Shown: positions 29,857 to 38,904 of the stretch, in pieces | Layout: every line of letters starts with the position of its first letter | Position numbering within the stretch: position 1 is the first letter of the stretch | NCBI GenBank assembly: GCA_041891055.1 | Contig: CP169074.1 | Span: 480,001 to 544,000, forward strand | Direction of reading: 5' to 3' | From: Halorutilales archaeon Cl-col2-1 | Lineage (GTDB): Archaea > Halobacteriota > Halobacteria > Halobacteriales > Afararchaeaceae | DNA length: 64,000 bases | The notes under the pieces: model-generated | Database searches by the model: none | What the model saw: the letters and a program-made list of their open reading frames with translations, nothing else | Told to the model about the DNA's origin: nothing | Translations under genes and position numbers: made by a program

Positions 29857-30780
29857 ATGAACGACCTTCCTACGTCGGTTGCTCTCGAAACTATACCCGT
29901 GTCACAGGGTGTCAGAAAGGGGGCGACCGTCGAACTCGACAGGGACTACTTCGAGGGACAGAGAGGAGCGATAGGTAGGACTTACGACGAGAAGGCGGCG
30001 AACCTCTCCGACAGGCTTCAGGGTCTCCGTGAGTCGTACGACACCGTCGTCAACGTCAAGGTCAAAATAGGCGGAATCGATACTGAGACTCTCACAGAGG
30101 CGTCTGAGGAGCTACGCCAGAAGTTCGAGGAGACTTACGAGGCGGAGTTCCTCGACGACAACACGCCCGACGACGTGGAGGTCTTCGTCGTTCCCGAGTG
30201 GGTTCGTAGACGCGGGGGTCTGAGCTACACAGCGAGAGCCTACTTCCTCGGTGAAGACGTCGACGTGAGCCCCGACGGTATCATACAGAAAAACGTCGAG
30301 TCGGTCGTCTCGGAGGAAAACGACGGCGACGGCTTCGACTTCGAGGAGTACAGGAAGTCAGTCCTCGGATACCCCGACTGTCCCGACGACGAAGACGCCG
30401 ACAGTCAGAATGTCACAGAAATAGACGGATTCGATGTCAGGGAGGACGAGATAGGAGACAACGTCGACGACATAGTCCCGTACATATTCGACAGTGACTA
30501 CGCATACATGTACTTCTCGTCGGGATTCTCTACGACAGAGACGTGTGATGACGCAAAGGAGATCGGAAGAGAAGTCTACCGGTGTCTCAGGGAGGAGGTC
30601 AAGGAGGGACTCGTGAGGGACTTCTTCAGGATGAACTACCTCCGATCTTGGTTAGACGTGCAGGAACACCGACGAGGAAAGATCCAGAGTCAAAGCCGCG
30701 GAGGTAACGCGATAGCGAGAGAGGAAGAGTATCTCTATCTCCCTCTCGGAGAGCTAATCGAAGGTACGAGCTATGTCTGA
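29857..30780 (+). CDS. Hypothetical protein (LGYPxC motif, DUF483-like)
   Basis: Acidic 307 aa ORF overlapping tgtA start by 8 nt. Confidence 0.7.
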   Translation: MNDLPTSVALETIPVSQGVRKGATVELDRDYFEGQRGAIGRTYDEKAANLSDRLQGLRESYDTVVNVKVKIGGIDTETLTEASEELRQKFEETYEAEFLDDNTPDDVEVFVVPEWVRRRGGLSYTARAYFLGEDVDVSPDGIIQKNVESVVSEENDGDGFDFEEYRKSVLGYPDCPDDEDADSQNVTEIDGFDVREDEIGDNVDDIVPYIFDSDYAYMYFSSGFSTTETCDDAKEIGREVYRCLREEVKEGLVRDFFRMNYLRSWLDVQEHRRGKIQSQSRGGNAIAREEEYLYLPLGELIEGTSYV

Positions 30781-32299
30781 GGATTTCGGTTTCGAGATCG
30801 AGTCGAAGGCAGCGATGGGACGTATAGGGAGTCTCGAAGTCGGCGACAAGACTGTACAGACTCCCGCACTTATGCCTGTCATAAACCCTCATCTTACGCG
30901 TCCCGACATCTCTGAGGCACAGATACTCATTACGAACGCCTACATCATAAACAAGAGCGACGACTACCGCGAGAAGGCAGTCGAAGACGGTCTCCACGAC
31001 ACTCTCGACTTCGACGGCGTCGTCGTGACTGATTCGGGTTCGTACCAGATGAGTGTCTACGGCGAGGAAGAAGTCACCCTCTCGAACCGCGAGACTGTCG
31101 AGTTCCAAGTCAATATCGGAACCGACATAGCTACTCCACTCGACATTCCCACACCACCCGACTCGTCGCACGAGACCGCCGGGGACGACTGGGAGACCAC
31201 CCTCAGTAGGATAAAAGAGGCGAGGGAGATTCTCTCAGAACTCGATGCCAAGGCAGGTCTCAACGTCCCCGTGCAGGGATCGACACACCCCGACCTGCGT
31301 GAGAGAGCCGGGAGGGAGGCTTCGGGTCTTGGCGACATCTACCCCGTGGGTGCGGTCGTCCCTCTGATGCAGGAGTACAGGTTCAGCGACCTCGTCGACG
31401 TCGTAGCCGCAGCGAAGAGGGGACTCGACTCCGACGCCCCCGTACATCTCTTCGGAGCGGGACATCCGATGGTCTTCAGCCTCGCAGTCGCAGTCGGCTG
31501 TGATCTCTTCGACTCGGCGGCTTACGCTCTCTACGCCGAGGACGGACGTTACATCACTCCCGAAGGAACCGAGTACGTCGACGACCTCAGGGAGCTACCG
31601 TGTTCTTGTGAGGTCTGTGTCTCACACGACGTCGATGACCTCCGTGACTCTCTCAGTCTCCTCGCACAGCACAACCTCAACGTCTCGTTCGCCGAGATGA
31701 GACGTGTGAGACAGGCGGTCAGAGAGGGTAACCTCATAGAGCTCGTCGAACAGAGATGCCGCTCCCATCCGAAGCTCTTAGACGGTCTGAGGAGCTTTGG
31801 AGACCACGCCGATCAGATAGAGAAGTACGATCCGTCCTCGAAGTCGACAGTCTTCAGTCTCGGGCTTGGACGGCGTCCCGAGGTCGTGAGACACCACAGA
31901 CGTCTCGATAGGATAGATGTCGACGACGGCGACCGGATTCTCGTGGTTCCCGCGACTGACTACCTCGAAGACGGCTGGGAGGACGAACTCGATATCTACA
32001 CCGGCGACTTCGACACCGTGCTACGTCTACTTCCGCCTCTCGGACCCTACCCGAAGGAGCTTTCACACACCTATCCTTTCAACGCCGAGGTTCCCGAAGA
32101 GCCGAGCCACGACGAGGTGGGGGCTGTCTACGAGGGCGTCCTGCGTCTCGTACGTCTCCACGATACCGACGCAGTACTCGTCTCCCCATGGGATCACCCT
32201 CTTCTCGGGGAGATAGAGGACGAATGCGTCGATGTGATACGCAGAAGTAACGGTTCCAAGACAAGAAACAGTAACACAGAAACGGAACAACAGACATGA
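30773..32299 (+). CDS. tgtA: tRNA-guanine(15) transglycosylase
   Basis: TPALMPVINP, TDSGSYQ, HLFGAGHP, FDSAAY, CSCEVC. Confidence 0.97.
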   Translation: MSEDFGFEIESKAAMGRIGSLEVGDKTVQTPALMPVINPHLTRPDISEAQILITNAYIINKSDDYREKAVEDGLHDTLDFDGVVVTDSGSYQMSVYGEEEVTLSNRETVEFQVNIGTDIATPLDIPTPPDSSHETAGDDWETTLSRIKEAREILSELDAKAGLNVPVQGSTHPDLRERAGREASGLGDIYPVGAVVPLMQEYRFSDLVDVVAAAKRGLDSDAPVHLFGAGHPMVFSLAVAVGCDLFDSAAYALYAEDGRYITPEGTEYVDDLRELPCSCEVCVSHDVDDLRDSLSLLAQHNLNVSFAEMRRVRQAVREGNLIELVEQRCRSHPKLLDGLRSFGDHADQIEKYDPSSKSTVFSLGLGRRPEVVRHHRRLDRIDVDDGDRILVVPATDYLEDGWEDELDIYTGDFDTVLRLLPPLGPYPKELSHTYPFNAEVPEEPSHDEVGAVYEGVLRLVRLHDTDAVLVSPWDHPLLGEIEDECVDVIRRSNGSKTRNSNTETEQQT

Positions 32300-34065
32300 C
32301 AGACTATTTCGAGGTAAGAGACCACGACTCGGCGGCAAGACTCGGCAAGCTACGTCTCGACGACCCAATTACGACGCCGGCTCTCGTCGGCGACGTACTC
32401 AGAGACACATACAGCAGATGGACTCAAGCAGACTCCGACTCCAGCGAGGAGATAGAAGGCTCGTCGGACGCTGTGACGGTTCTGCCACACAGGGCGATGC
32501 CTTCGGGAACCCCCGACGAGATTGTTAAGACAGCGTCATATACAAAGGAGAAGTACGACTTCCCGACCGCGGAGGTCGTCAACGTCGAGAACCCGGTCGC
32601 GTCGGGACGTGACGTCTACATACTCACGGGTCTCCGGAAGGGACGCGCGAGACAGGTCGTCGACGCAGTAATAGGTGCGAGGAGAACACTCGAACCCGAC
32701 TCCGCTCTTGTGGCTCCCGGGATTGCGACTCCACGTAACGTCGCCCTACTCGCCTACCTCGGTGTCGACGGGTTCGACGAAGACTACACCGCAGTACAGG
32801 GCTATGGCGAGACCTACATGACGCGTGACCTCTCGGTCGACTTAGACGAACTCACCGAGCTACCGTGTTCTTGTGAGGTCTGTGCGGGATCAAGTCCCGA
32901 CGACCTCGGCAGGGAAGACGTGGCTAAACATAACGTCTCTATGCTCCGCGCCGAACTCGCGACGGTGCGTGACAGGATACGTAACGGACGTCTCCGCGAG
33001 TACATCGAGGGACAGGTGAGGTCGGAGAGATGGCTCGTCGAGGCGATGCGTCTCGTTGACCAGGAGCGCGACTACATAGAGACGAGAACCCCCGTCGTCA
33101 GGAACACACGTCTCGACGCCAACTCGTCGGAGACGCTCGACAGGATTGAGGTAAAGAGGTTTGCCGAACGTGTCGTCGAGAGGTACAGAGCACCCCGAAC
33201 TGACGTCGGCGTCCTTCTGCCGTGTTCAGCCGGGAAGCCCTACTCCCAGTCGAAGTCACACCAGGACTTCCGGCAGGTCATAGGCAGACGTGGACACGAG
33301 GTAATAGTCACGAGCCCCTTAGGAGTCGTACCCAGAGAGCTCGAAAACATCTACCCCGCGGCGCATTACGACACTCCGGTCACGGGTCGGTGGGACGCGA
33401 AGGAGAGGGAGTTCGTCTCGTCGGTCTTCGAGTCGTACGTCGAGAACAATCCCTATGACCGTCTCGTAGCACATCTTCCCGAGGAGGGCTACGGAGAGAT
33501 AGTGCGTTCGGTCGTAGAGTCGAAGGACGTCGAGGTCGAGTTCACAGTCAAGGAGGACGAACATCCGCGTGACGACGACCCTCTCGAAAGACTCGGATCG
33601 GCACTCGACGGGGTCGAGAAGTCGCCCCACGGGATACTCGACAAATGGAACGTCAGAGGTGTCGTCGACTACCAGTTCGGGGAAGACGTCTTCGACTCCG
33701 AACTCGGGCTATCGGGAGTCGAGATAAGGGGAAGGCTTCCACGTCTCCGTCTCTTCGGCAGAGACGAGTACGAGGACGAACAGCTAGGCGCTCTCGTACC
33801 GACCTACGGCAGTCTCGCACTCACCGTGAAAGGTGCTGAGGTCTTAGACGTACCGAGAGTCGAGATAGACGCATTCGTGCCACACGGAAACGTCCTCGCT
33901 CCCGGAGTCTTAGACGCCGACGACGAAATACGTATAGGTGATGAGGTCTACTTCGAGGGCGAGAAGGCACGCGGCGTCGGAAGGGCGAAGATGTTCGGCG
34001 ACGAGATGGCGAGGAGCACGAGAGGAGTCTCGGTAGACGTACGACACGTCGAGGAAGTCGAGTAA
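32296..34065 (+). CDS. arcS: Archaeosine synthase alpha subunit
   Basis: LPCSAGKPYSQSKSH, TSPLGVVPRELE, C-terminal PUA. Confidence 0.95.
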   Translation: MTDYFEVRDHDSAARLGKLRLDDPITTPALVGDVLRDTYSRWTQADSDSSEEIEGSSDAVTVLPHRAMPSGTPDEIVKTASYTKEKYDFPTAEVVNVENPVASGRDVYILTGLRKGRARQVVDAVIGARRTLEPDSALVAPGIATPRNVALLAYLGVDGFDEDYTAVQGYGETYMTRDLSVDLDELTELPCSCEVCAGSSPDDLGREDVAKHNVSMLRAELATVRDRIRNGRLREYIEGQVRSERWLVEAMRLVDQERDYIETRTPVVRNTRLDANSSETLDRIEVKRFAERVVERYRAPRTDVGVLLPCSAGKPYSQSKSHQDFRQVIGRRGHEVIVTSPLGVVPRELENIYPAAHYDTPVTGRWDAKEREFVSSVFESYVENNPYDRLVAHLPEEGYGEIVRSVVESKDVEVEFTVKEDEHPRDDDPLERLGSALDGVEKSPHGILDKWNVRGVVDYQFGEDVFDSELGLSGVEIRGRLPRLRLFGRDEYEDEQLGALVPTYGSLALTVKGAEVLDVPRVEIDAFVPHGNVLAPGVLDADDEIRIGDEVYFEGEKARGVGRAKMFGDEMARSTRGVSVDVRHVEEVE

Positions 34066-34106
34066 GTACGGCGTACTCTTTTGAGTCTGAGTCACTAAGA
34101 CGGTGT

Positions 34107-35087
34107 ATGAATGGACTCGTGGATGGAGAATGGGTCGTGGGAGGCTACGACGAGACAGACGACGAGGGGAGATTCGAGAGACAGGAGGCGCGTTTCCACA
34201 GCGAGGTAAAAGATGATCCCGAAGCCGACTTTCCTGTCGAGTCGGGACGTTACCATCTCTACGTCTCGCTCGCGTGTCCGTGGGCTCACAGGACACTCAT
34301 CACACGTAAGCTCAAGGGTCTCGAAGACGTCGTCTCTGTCGACGTCGTCGATCCCTTCCGTGCCGAAGACGGCTGGGATTTTACTCCCGATAAGGACGGC
34401 TGTACTCCCGATACGGTCAACGGCGAGGAGTACCTCCGTGAGGTCTACCTCAAGGCTGACCCCAACGTGACGACACGTGTCACCGTCCCCGTTCTCTGGG
34501 ACAAGGAACGCGGGACTATCGTTAACAACGAGTCAGCCGAAATAACCCGGTTCCTCAACACGGAGTTCGACTCTCTCGCCGAGAACGACGTCGACCTCTA
34601 TCCCGAGGAACACAACGACGAGGTCGACCGGATAATAGACGCGATATACGAACCGATCAACAACGGCGTCTACAAGGCGGGATTTGCCGAGACACAGGAG
34701 GCTTACGAGGAGGCGGTCGACGAGCTCTTCGACGCACTCGACCACTGGGAAGGCATCCTCGCCGACCAGAGGTACTTAGCCGGAGACCGTCTCACAGAGG
34801 CGGACGTCTTTATGTTCACGACACTCGTGCGTTTCGACCGCGTCTACAACATACATTTCAAATGTAGCAGACGCCGTATAGACGACTACGAGAACCTCTC
34901 GGGCTACCTGCGTGACCTCTACCAGACCCCCGGCTTCTCCGAGACAGTCGACTTCGACCACATAAAGGAACATTACTACACCACCCATCCGAGCGTCAAC
35001 CCAAAACGTATCATAGCAGTCGACCCCGAGATAGACCTCGAAGACGACCACGGAAGAGACAGCCTACCCGGCTCTCCGCCTGTCTGA
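34107..35087 (+). CDS. Glutathionyl-hydroquinone reductase-type GST (omega/Xi)
   Basis: YVSLACPWAHR, TVPVLWD, NNESAEI, INNGVY. Confidence 0.95.
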   Translation: MNGLVDGEWVVGGYDETDDEGRFERQEARFHSEVKDDPEADFPVESGRYHLYVSLACPWAHRTLITRKLKGLEDVVSVDVVDPFRAEDGWDFTPDKDGCTPDTVNGEEYLREVYLKADPNVTTRVTVPVLWDKERGTIVNNESAEITRFLNTEFDSLAENDVDLYPEEHNDEVDRIIDAIYEPINNGVYKAGFAETQEAYEEAVDELFDALDHWEGILADQRYLAGDRLTEADVFMFTTLVRFDRVYNIHFKCSRRRIDDYENLSGYLRDLYQTPGFSETVDFDHIKEHYYTTHPSVNPKRIIAVDPEIDLEDDHGRDSLPGSPPV

Positions 35088-35174
35088 GATGTATCTTACC
35101 ACTCTGAGGTTGTGGTACATGACTCGAAGACGGAGGAGCATCCAAAAACGCTTTAGGCACCCGCTACTAATAAT

Positions 35175-35293
35175 GTAGTAGCACCGGCGAACTGGGTACT
35201 TACCGGTGCTATGCTGACGCCAAGTCAGCAAAACCAGCCCCCACCCCACCACCCCCCAACCCCCACACCACCATTCTCTGCGTCTTTTTCTCT
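35175..35293 (+). ncRNA. Candidate small structured RNA
   Basis: BRE/TATA-like AAAACGCTTTAGG upstream, two adjacent perfect stems (9 bp and 7 bp), C-rich tail, oligo-T terminator. Confidence 0.4.
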
Positions 35294-35355
35294 TCGTACA
35301 TCGAACCCGACGTCTGACCCAATCTTTATCCCCGCTCCCACGGTAGTAATAGAGT

Positions 35356-37065
35356 ATGCGTAAAGCCGACAGTGGGGAAGACGCCGTATCTGTAGTCATA
35401 GGTGCGGTGTTGATGCTCGGCATCGCCATAACCTTCCTAGCTATTCTTCAAACCCAGGCAGTCCCTGTCTGGAACGAGGACACCGAGTTCTCCCACAGTC
35501 AGAACGTCCAGGAGGATATCCAGAGCCTCGGAAGTGCGATAAGCTTCGTGTCTTCGTCAGGAACCCCGAGGTCGGTTACAGTCGACATGGGAACCGAGTA
35601 CACAGATAGGGTAGTCCTACAGAACCCTCCCGACGCTAGTGGCACTCTCCGGAGTATCGACGGATATATGAATATCTCTAATGCACAAGTCGAGACTTCC
35701 AGAGAGACCCGGGACTACTGGGACGGATCGGAGAAGCCGTTCGAGACTAGGATCCTCACGTACTCGCCAGACTACAACCGGTACCAGGACGCGCCCTCGA
35801 CGGTCTACGGCAACTCGATGGTCTACAATTACTGGTCGGGAATCGCCGACTCGCAGTACAACGCCAACCTGACCCTCTCAGAACAGTCGATGATTAACGG
35901 ACGTAACATAAACCTCGTCGTCCTCAACGGCTCTATCTCGACGGGACAGGTCGAGTCTAAGACTGTCTCTCTGAAGCCTAACAGCGTAATGGAGACTACT
36001 ATAGCCCCGACTGACGACGGCGATCCTATCACTATCACAGTCACATCGCCTCTGACGGCGGCGAACTGGACGAGCGCGCTACAGGATGAGATAGATAACG
36101 GAAACGTCGTCGATGTCTCGGACACGGGAAAATATAATGGACTAAATAAGCTGGAGATCACTCTCGAATCCGACAAGACCTATAATCTGCGTATGGCTGA
36201 GGTCGGTATACAGCAGGGCAGGGAAGTCCCCGAGTATTATCTGACTGACATCGAAGGTAACAACACAGATGGATCTCAGAATCTCGTCGCGGAGGTGCGT
36301 GATAAGTATAACAATCCCGTGAGTGGGGTGACCGTGAACGCGAGCGTAAAACAGGACGAGGGAAACTTTTCAAATGGAGATAACTTCACGGTAAAGACCT
36401 CCGATGCTAGTGGACAGACTACTTTCGACTATACAGCCTCTGATTCCACGGGAACGATAGAAGTCAACGTCAGCATGGATTCTAACGCTTCGAAGGCAGG
36501 AAGTAACTTCCAGCCGAGACAGAAGGAGAATGTGACGTTTTACTTAGATATTACTTCTGGTGGAGATGACGGAGATGGTGGTAATGGTGGGGGTGATGGT
36601 ACTGAAAGTGCTTCCTGTGTTCAAGGTATAACAGATGAAGGAAGTGGGAATACGAAAACTCTGAGATTTAGTATAACTAATAGTGGAAGCTGTAACTCAA
36701 TTACAGTTGACCAATTTAGCATTAATTCCAAAAATGAGGCAGATGTTTTGGACTTTATACAAGAATTTGAATATGACAGAGGGGAGGTTGAAGTAACAGG
36801 AGATGGGACTGGATATGCTGATGCTAATGATGAACCTGGTTTTGACTTTAATACAGATGGTACATTCTATAGTTTTGATAGTAAACCTACAATACCCTCG
36901 GGAGGAACTTCTACCTTTGATATGGGATACTTTAACGGAGATGATAACAATAAGATGAAATATGATCTAAATGGAGATGATATTACAGTAATCTTGGAAT
37001 TTAGTGACGGAAGTCAGAAGGAAGTTACATTTGAAGTGACTAATAATAACGATATCGACTGGTAG
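35356..37065 (+). CDS. Archaeal type IV pilin-like surface protein with Ig-like domain
   Basis: Class III-like signal EDA|VSVVIGAVLMLGI...Q, VRDKYNNPVSGVTV Big_1 motif, AT-rich C-terminal domain. Confidence 0.8.
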   Translation: MRKADSGEDAVSVVIGAVLMLGIAITFLAILQTQAVPVWNEDTEFSHSQNVQEDIQSLGSAISFVSSSGTPRSVTVDMGTEYTDRVVLQNPPDASGTLRSIDGYMNISNAQVETSRETRDYWDGSEKPFETRILTYSPDYNRYQDAPSTVYGNSMVYNYWSGIADSQYNANLTLSEQSMINGRNINLVVLNGSISTGQVESKTVSLKPNSVMETTIAPTDDGDPITITVTSPLTAANWTSALQDEIDNGNVVDVSDTGKYNGLNKLEITLESDKTYNLRMAEVGIQQGREVPEYYLTDIEGNNTDGSQNLVAEVRDKYNNPVSGVTVNASVKQDEGNFSNGDNFTVKTSDASGQTTFDYTASDSTGTIEVNVSMDSNASKAGSNFQPRQKENVTFYLDITSGGDDGDGGNGGGDGTESASCVQGITDEGSGNTKTLRFSITNSGSCNSITVDQFSINSKNEADVLDFIQEFEYDRGEVEVTGDGTGYADANDEPGFDFNTDGTFYSFDSKPTIPSGGTSTFDMGYFNGDDNNKMKYDLNGDDITVILEFSDGSQKEVTFEVTNNNDIDW

Positions 37066-37176
37066 ATTTCTACACGTGTTTGTCTGCTTTGAGAGTCTAA
37101 GAGAACATTTACTCCAGTATTGAGGCGATAGCTTACAGAGTTGCGGTCTTTGAGAGATTCTCAGACGGAGTCATAC

Positions 37177-37602
37177 ATGAGCATGAATAAAGACAGGCAC
37201 GAAGGTATAGAGATACCCGAGATACCCGAGGGTACGGATCTGATAATCACGTCAGAGTCCTGGGAAGAGTTCAAAGAGGGTTCGGTAGATAGAGCTAGGT
37301 CGTTAGACGAAGGAGAACAGCCACCCCACGTTGTCAACATAGAAGACCCAAGCGAGTTCCGTAAGCTACTCACATCCAAACGTCTCGAACTCATAGAGAC
37401 CGTCGTAGAAGACCCTCCCGAGAGCATACGTGATCTAGCCGACAAGCTCGACAGAGGTCTACGTGAGGTACACGAGGATCTTGAACTCCTCGAAGAGTAC
37501 GGTATAGTCAAGTTCGAGGAGGAGGGACGCGCTAAGAGACCCTACATCCCATACGAGACTGTCAGGATAAGCGGGGAGATCGCCAAGAAGCCCCAGACCT
37601 AA
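37177..37602 (+). CDS. HVO_A0114-like wHTH regulator / orphan antitoxin
   Basis: LLTSKRLELI...PESIRDLADKLDR...VHEDL...GRAKRPYIPY. Confidence 0.85.
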   Translation: MSMNKDRHEGIEIPEIPEGTDLIITSESWEEFKEGSVDRARSLDEGEQPPHVVNIEDPSEFRKLLTSKRLELIETVVEDPPESIRDLADKLDRGLREVHEDLELLEEYGIVKFEEEGRAKRPYIPYETVRISGEIAKKPQT

Positions 37603-37681
37603 TACTCAGTCGTCACGACACCGAGCCCGTACTCAGGCTCTAATCTACTGTTCATCAATTGGCATCTCGTCGACTTCTACC

Positions 37682-37879
37682 CTACGCATCACACCGAGTT
37701 AATCTACTGTTGAGTTCGTATAGCTCCTTCACGACGTCGCTCTCGGCTACACGGTAACGTGTAGGTGACGTCTCGGGCACCTCTTCGATGATACTCAGTT
37801 CGAGAAGTAGGTCGACGTAGTTGGCTACCGTCTGACGCGTCACGCCTGCGTGTTCGGCTAGCTCCGTCTTATCGAAGCC
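37682..37879 (-). pseudogene. 3' remnant of a wHTH protein gene, 5' part lost at the IS605 relic junction
   Basis: Manual translation FDKTELAEHAGVTRQTVANYVDLLLELSIIEEVPETSPTRYRV...; no start codon. Confidence 0.7.
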
Positions 37880-38380
37880 GTGCAGGTTGACCCTCGAAAT
37901 ACGTCGAAGCGTTGCTCAACGTGTGGATTTACCCACGACCACAATCGGTCGGGCAGTCGTTTGAGTGTCAGCAGTGCGGATACGAGAACCACGCCGACTA
38001 CAACGCTTCGAAGAATATCGGTTTGCGGTATCTCCGTCGTCCCCAGAAATCGGAGATTTCTGGTGTGCGAACGAGACGCTTCGCGTCTCGTCAACGTCGG
38101 CAAAACGCAGACGATGGAGGCGTGCTCAAAAATCAAAGATTTTTGGTATGTCACTGAGCTTCGCTCAGTGAGCACACCCGTAGACGTGCGCTTGAATCGC
38201 GGGACGCTGAACGTGAGTGGAGAGTACAACCTTCCTGCCTCATCTGAGGCGTAGAACGGGAGTCCACGCGAAAGCCCTAGTGCAGGCACAAGCTTGCACG
38301 TCGTCAGACGCAGTCTGACGGGACCCTCAACGAGCGAGTGGGGCCATTGCCCCCGAGCAAAGTAGGGTAGGGTAGTTTAC
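37880..38380 (+). mobile_element. tnpB: IS200/IS605 relic: tnpB 3' fragment, omegaRNA region and right end
   Basis: [14 protein letters not shown] / [21 protein letters not shown] (frameshifted), [20 protein letters not shown], right end CCCTCAACGAGCG...GTAGGGTAGGGTAGTTTAC. Confidence 0.9.
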
Positions 38381-38429
38381 CAGAAGCCCTTAGTATGACG
38401 GGACACGACTTCTACCGAGCAACTCACGA

Positions 38430-38834
38430 ATGCCATCTACTCAGACATACAGTAGGATATCGGAGACATGGAAGTACGCAGTCATCGCCGGAGCCGCTTC
38501 CCTCCCACTGACTTTCCTGAGGTTCTGGCTAACAGGGATGGAGTACTTCTCAGTCAGCATGGTCTTCTTCGGAGGGATACTCGCGGGATACTTAGCTGAG
38601 AAAAAGTCGTTGGACTCTAACTCCGTAGGAGCCCGCGCAGGTATGGTAGGAGGCGTCCCGGGCTCAGTGTGGGTCTTGGTAATGGCGTCACGTAACGACT
38701 TCGCAACGGGGTGGTCTCTGGCACCTACCGCAGCCATAACAGCCGTAGCGGCTGGCTTCGTACTCGTAGTCAGCGCAGTAATAGGTGTTATCGGGAGCGA
38801 GATAGGTGCTTGGATAGGCTCTAAGTTCGAGTAG
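38430..38834 (+). CDS. DUF5518-like small membrane protein
   Basis: FGGILAGYL...GARAGMVGG, 4 TM. Confidence 0.8.
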   Translation: MPSTQTYSRISETWKYAVIAGAASLPLTFLRFWLTGMEYFSVSMVFFGGILAGYLAEKKSLDSNSVGARAGMVGGVPGSVWVLVMASRNDFATGWSLAPTAAITAVAAGFVLVVSAVIGVIGSEIGAWIGSKFE

Positions 38835-38904
38835 AAGATTCGGACTTACTGAAACTGACCTACAAAACTGAGGTTTTATAAATTAGGATATGTATTTATA
38901 ATGA

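Noticed and set aside
13-35087. Many long antisense or alternate-frame ORFs (S/R-rich)
   Set aside because: Shadow ORFs typical of acidic-codon, GC-rich haloarchaeal genes; they overlap well-supported genes.
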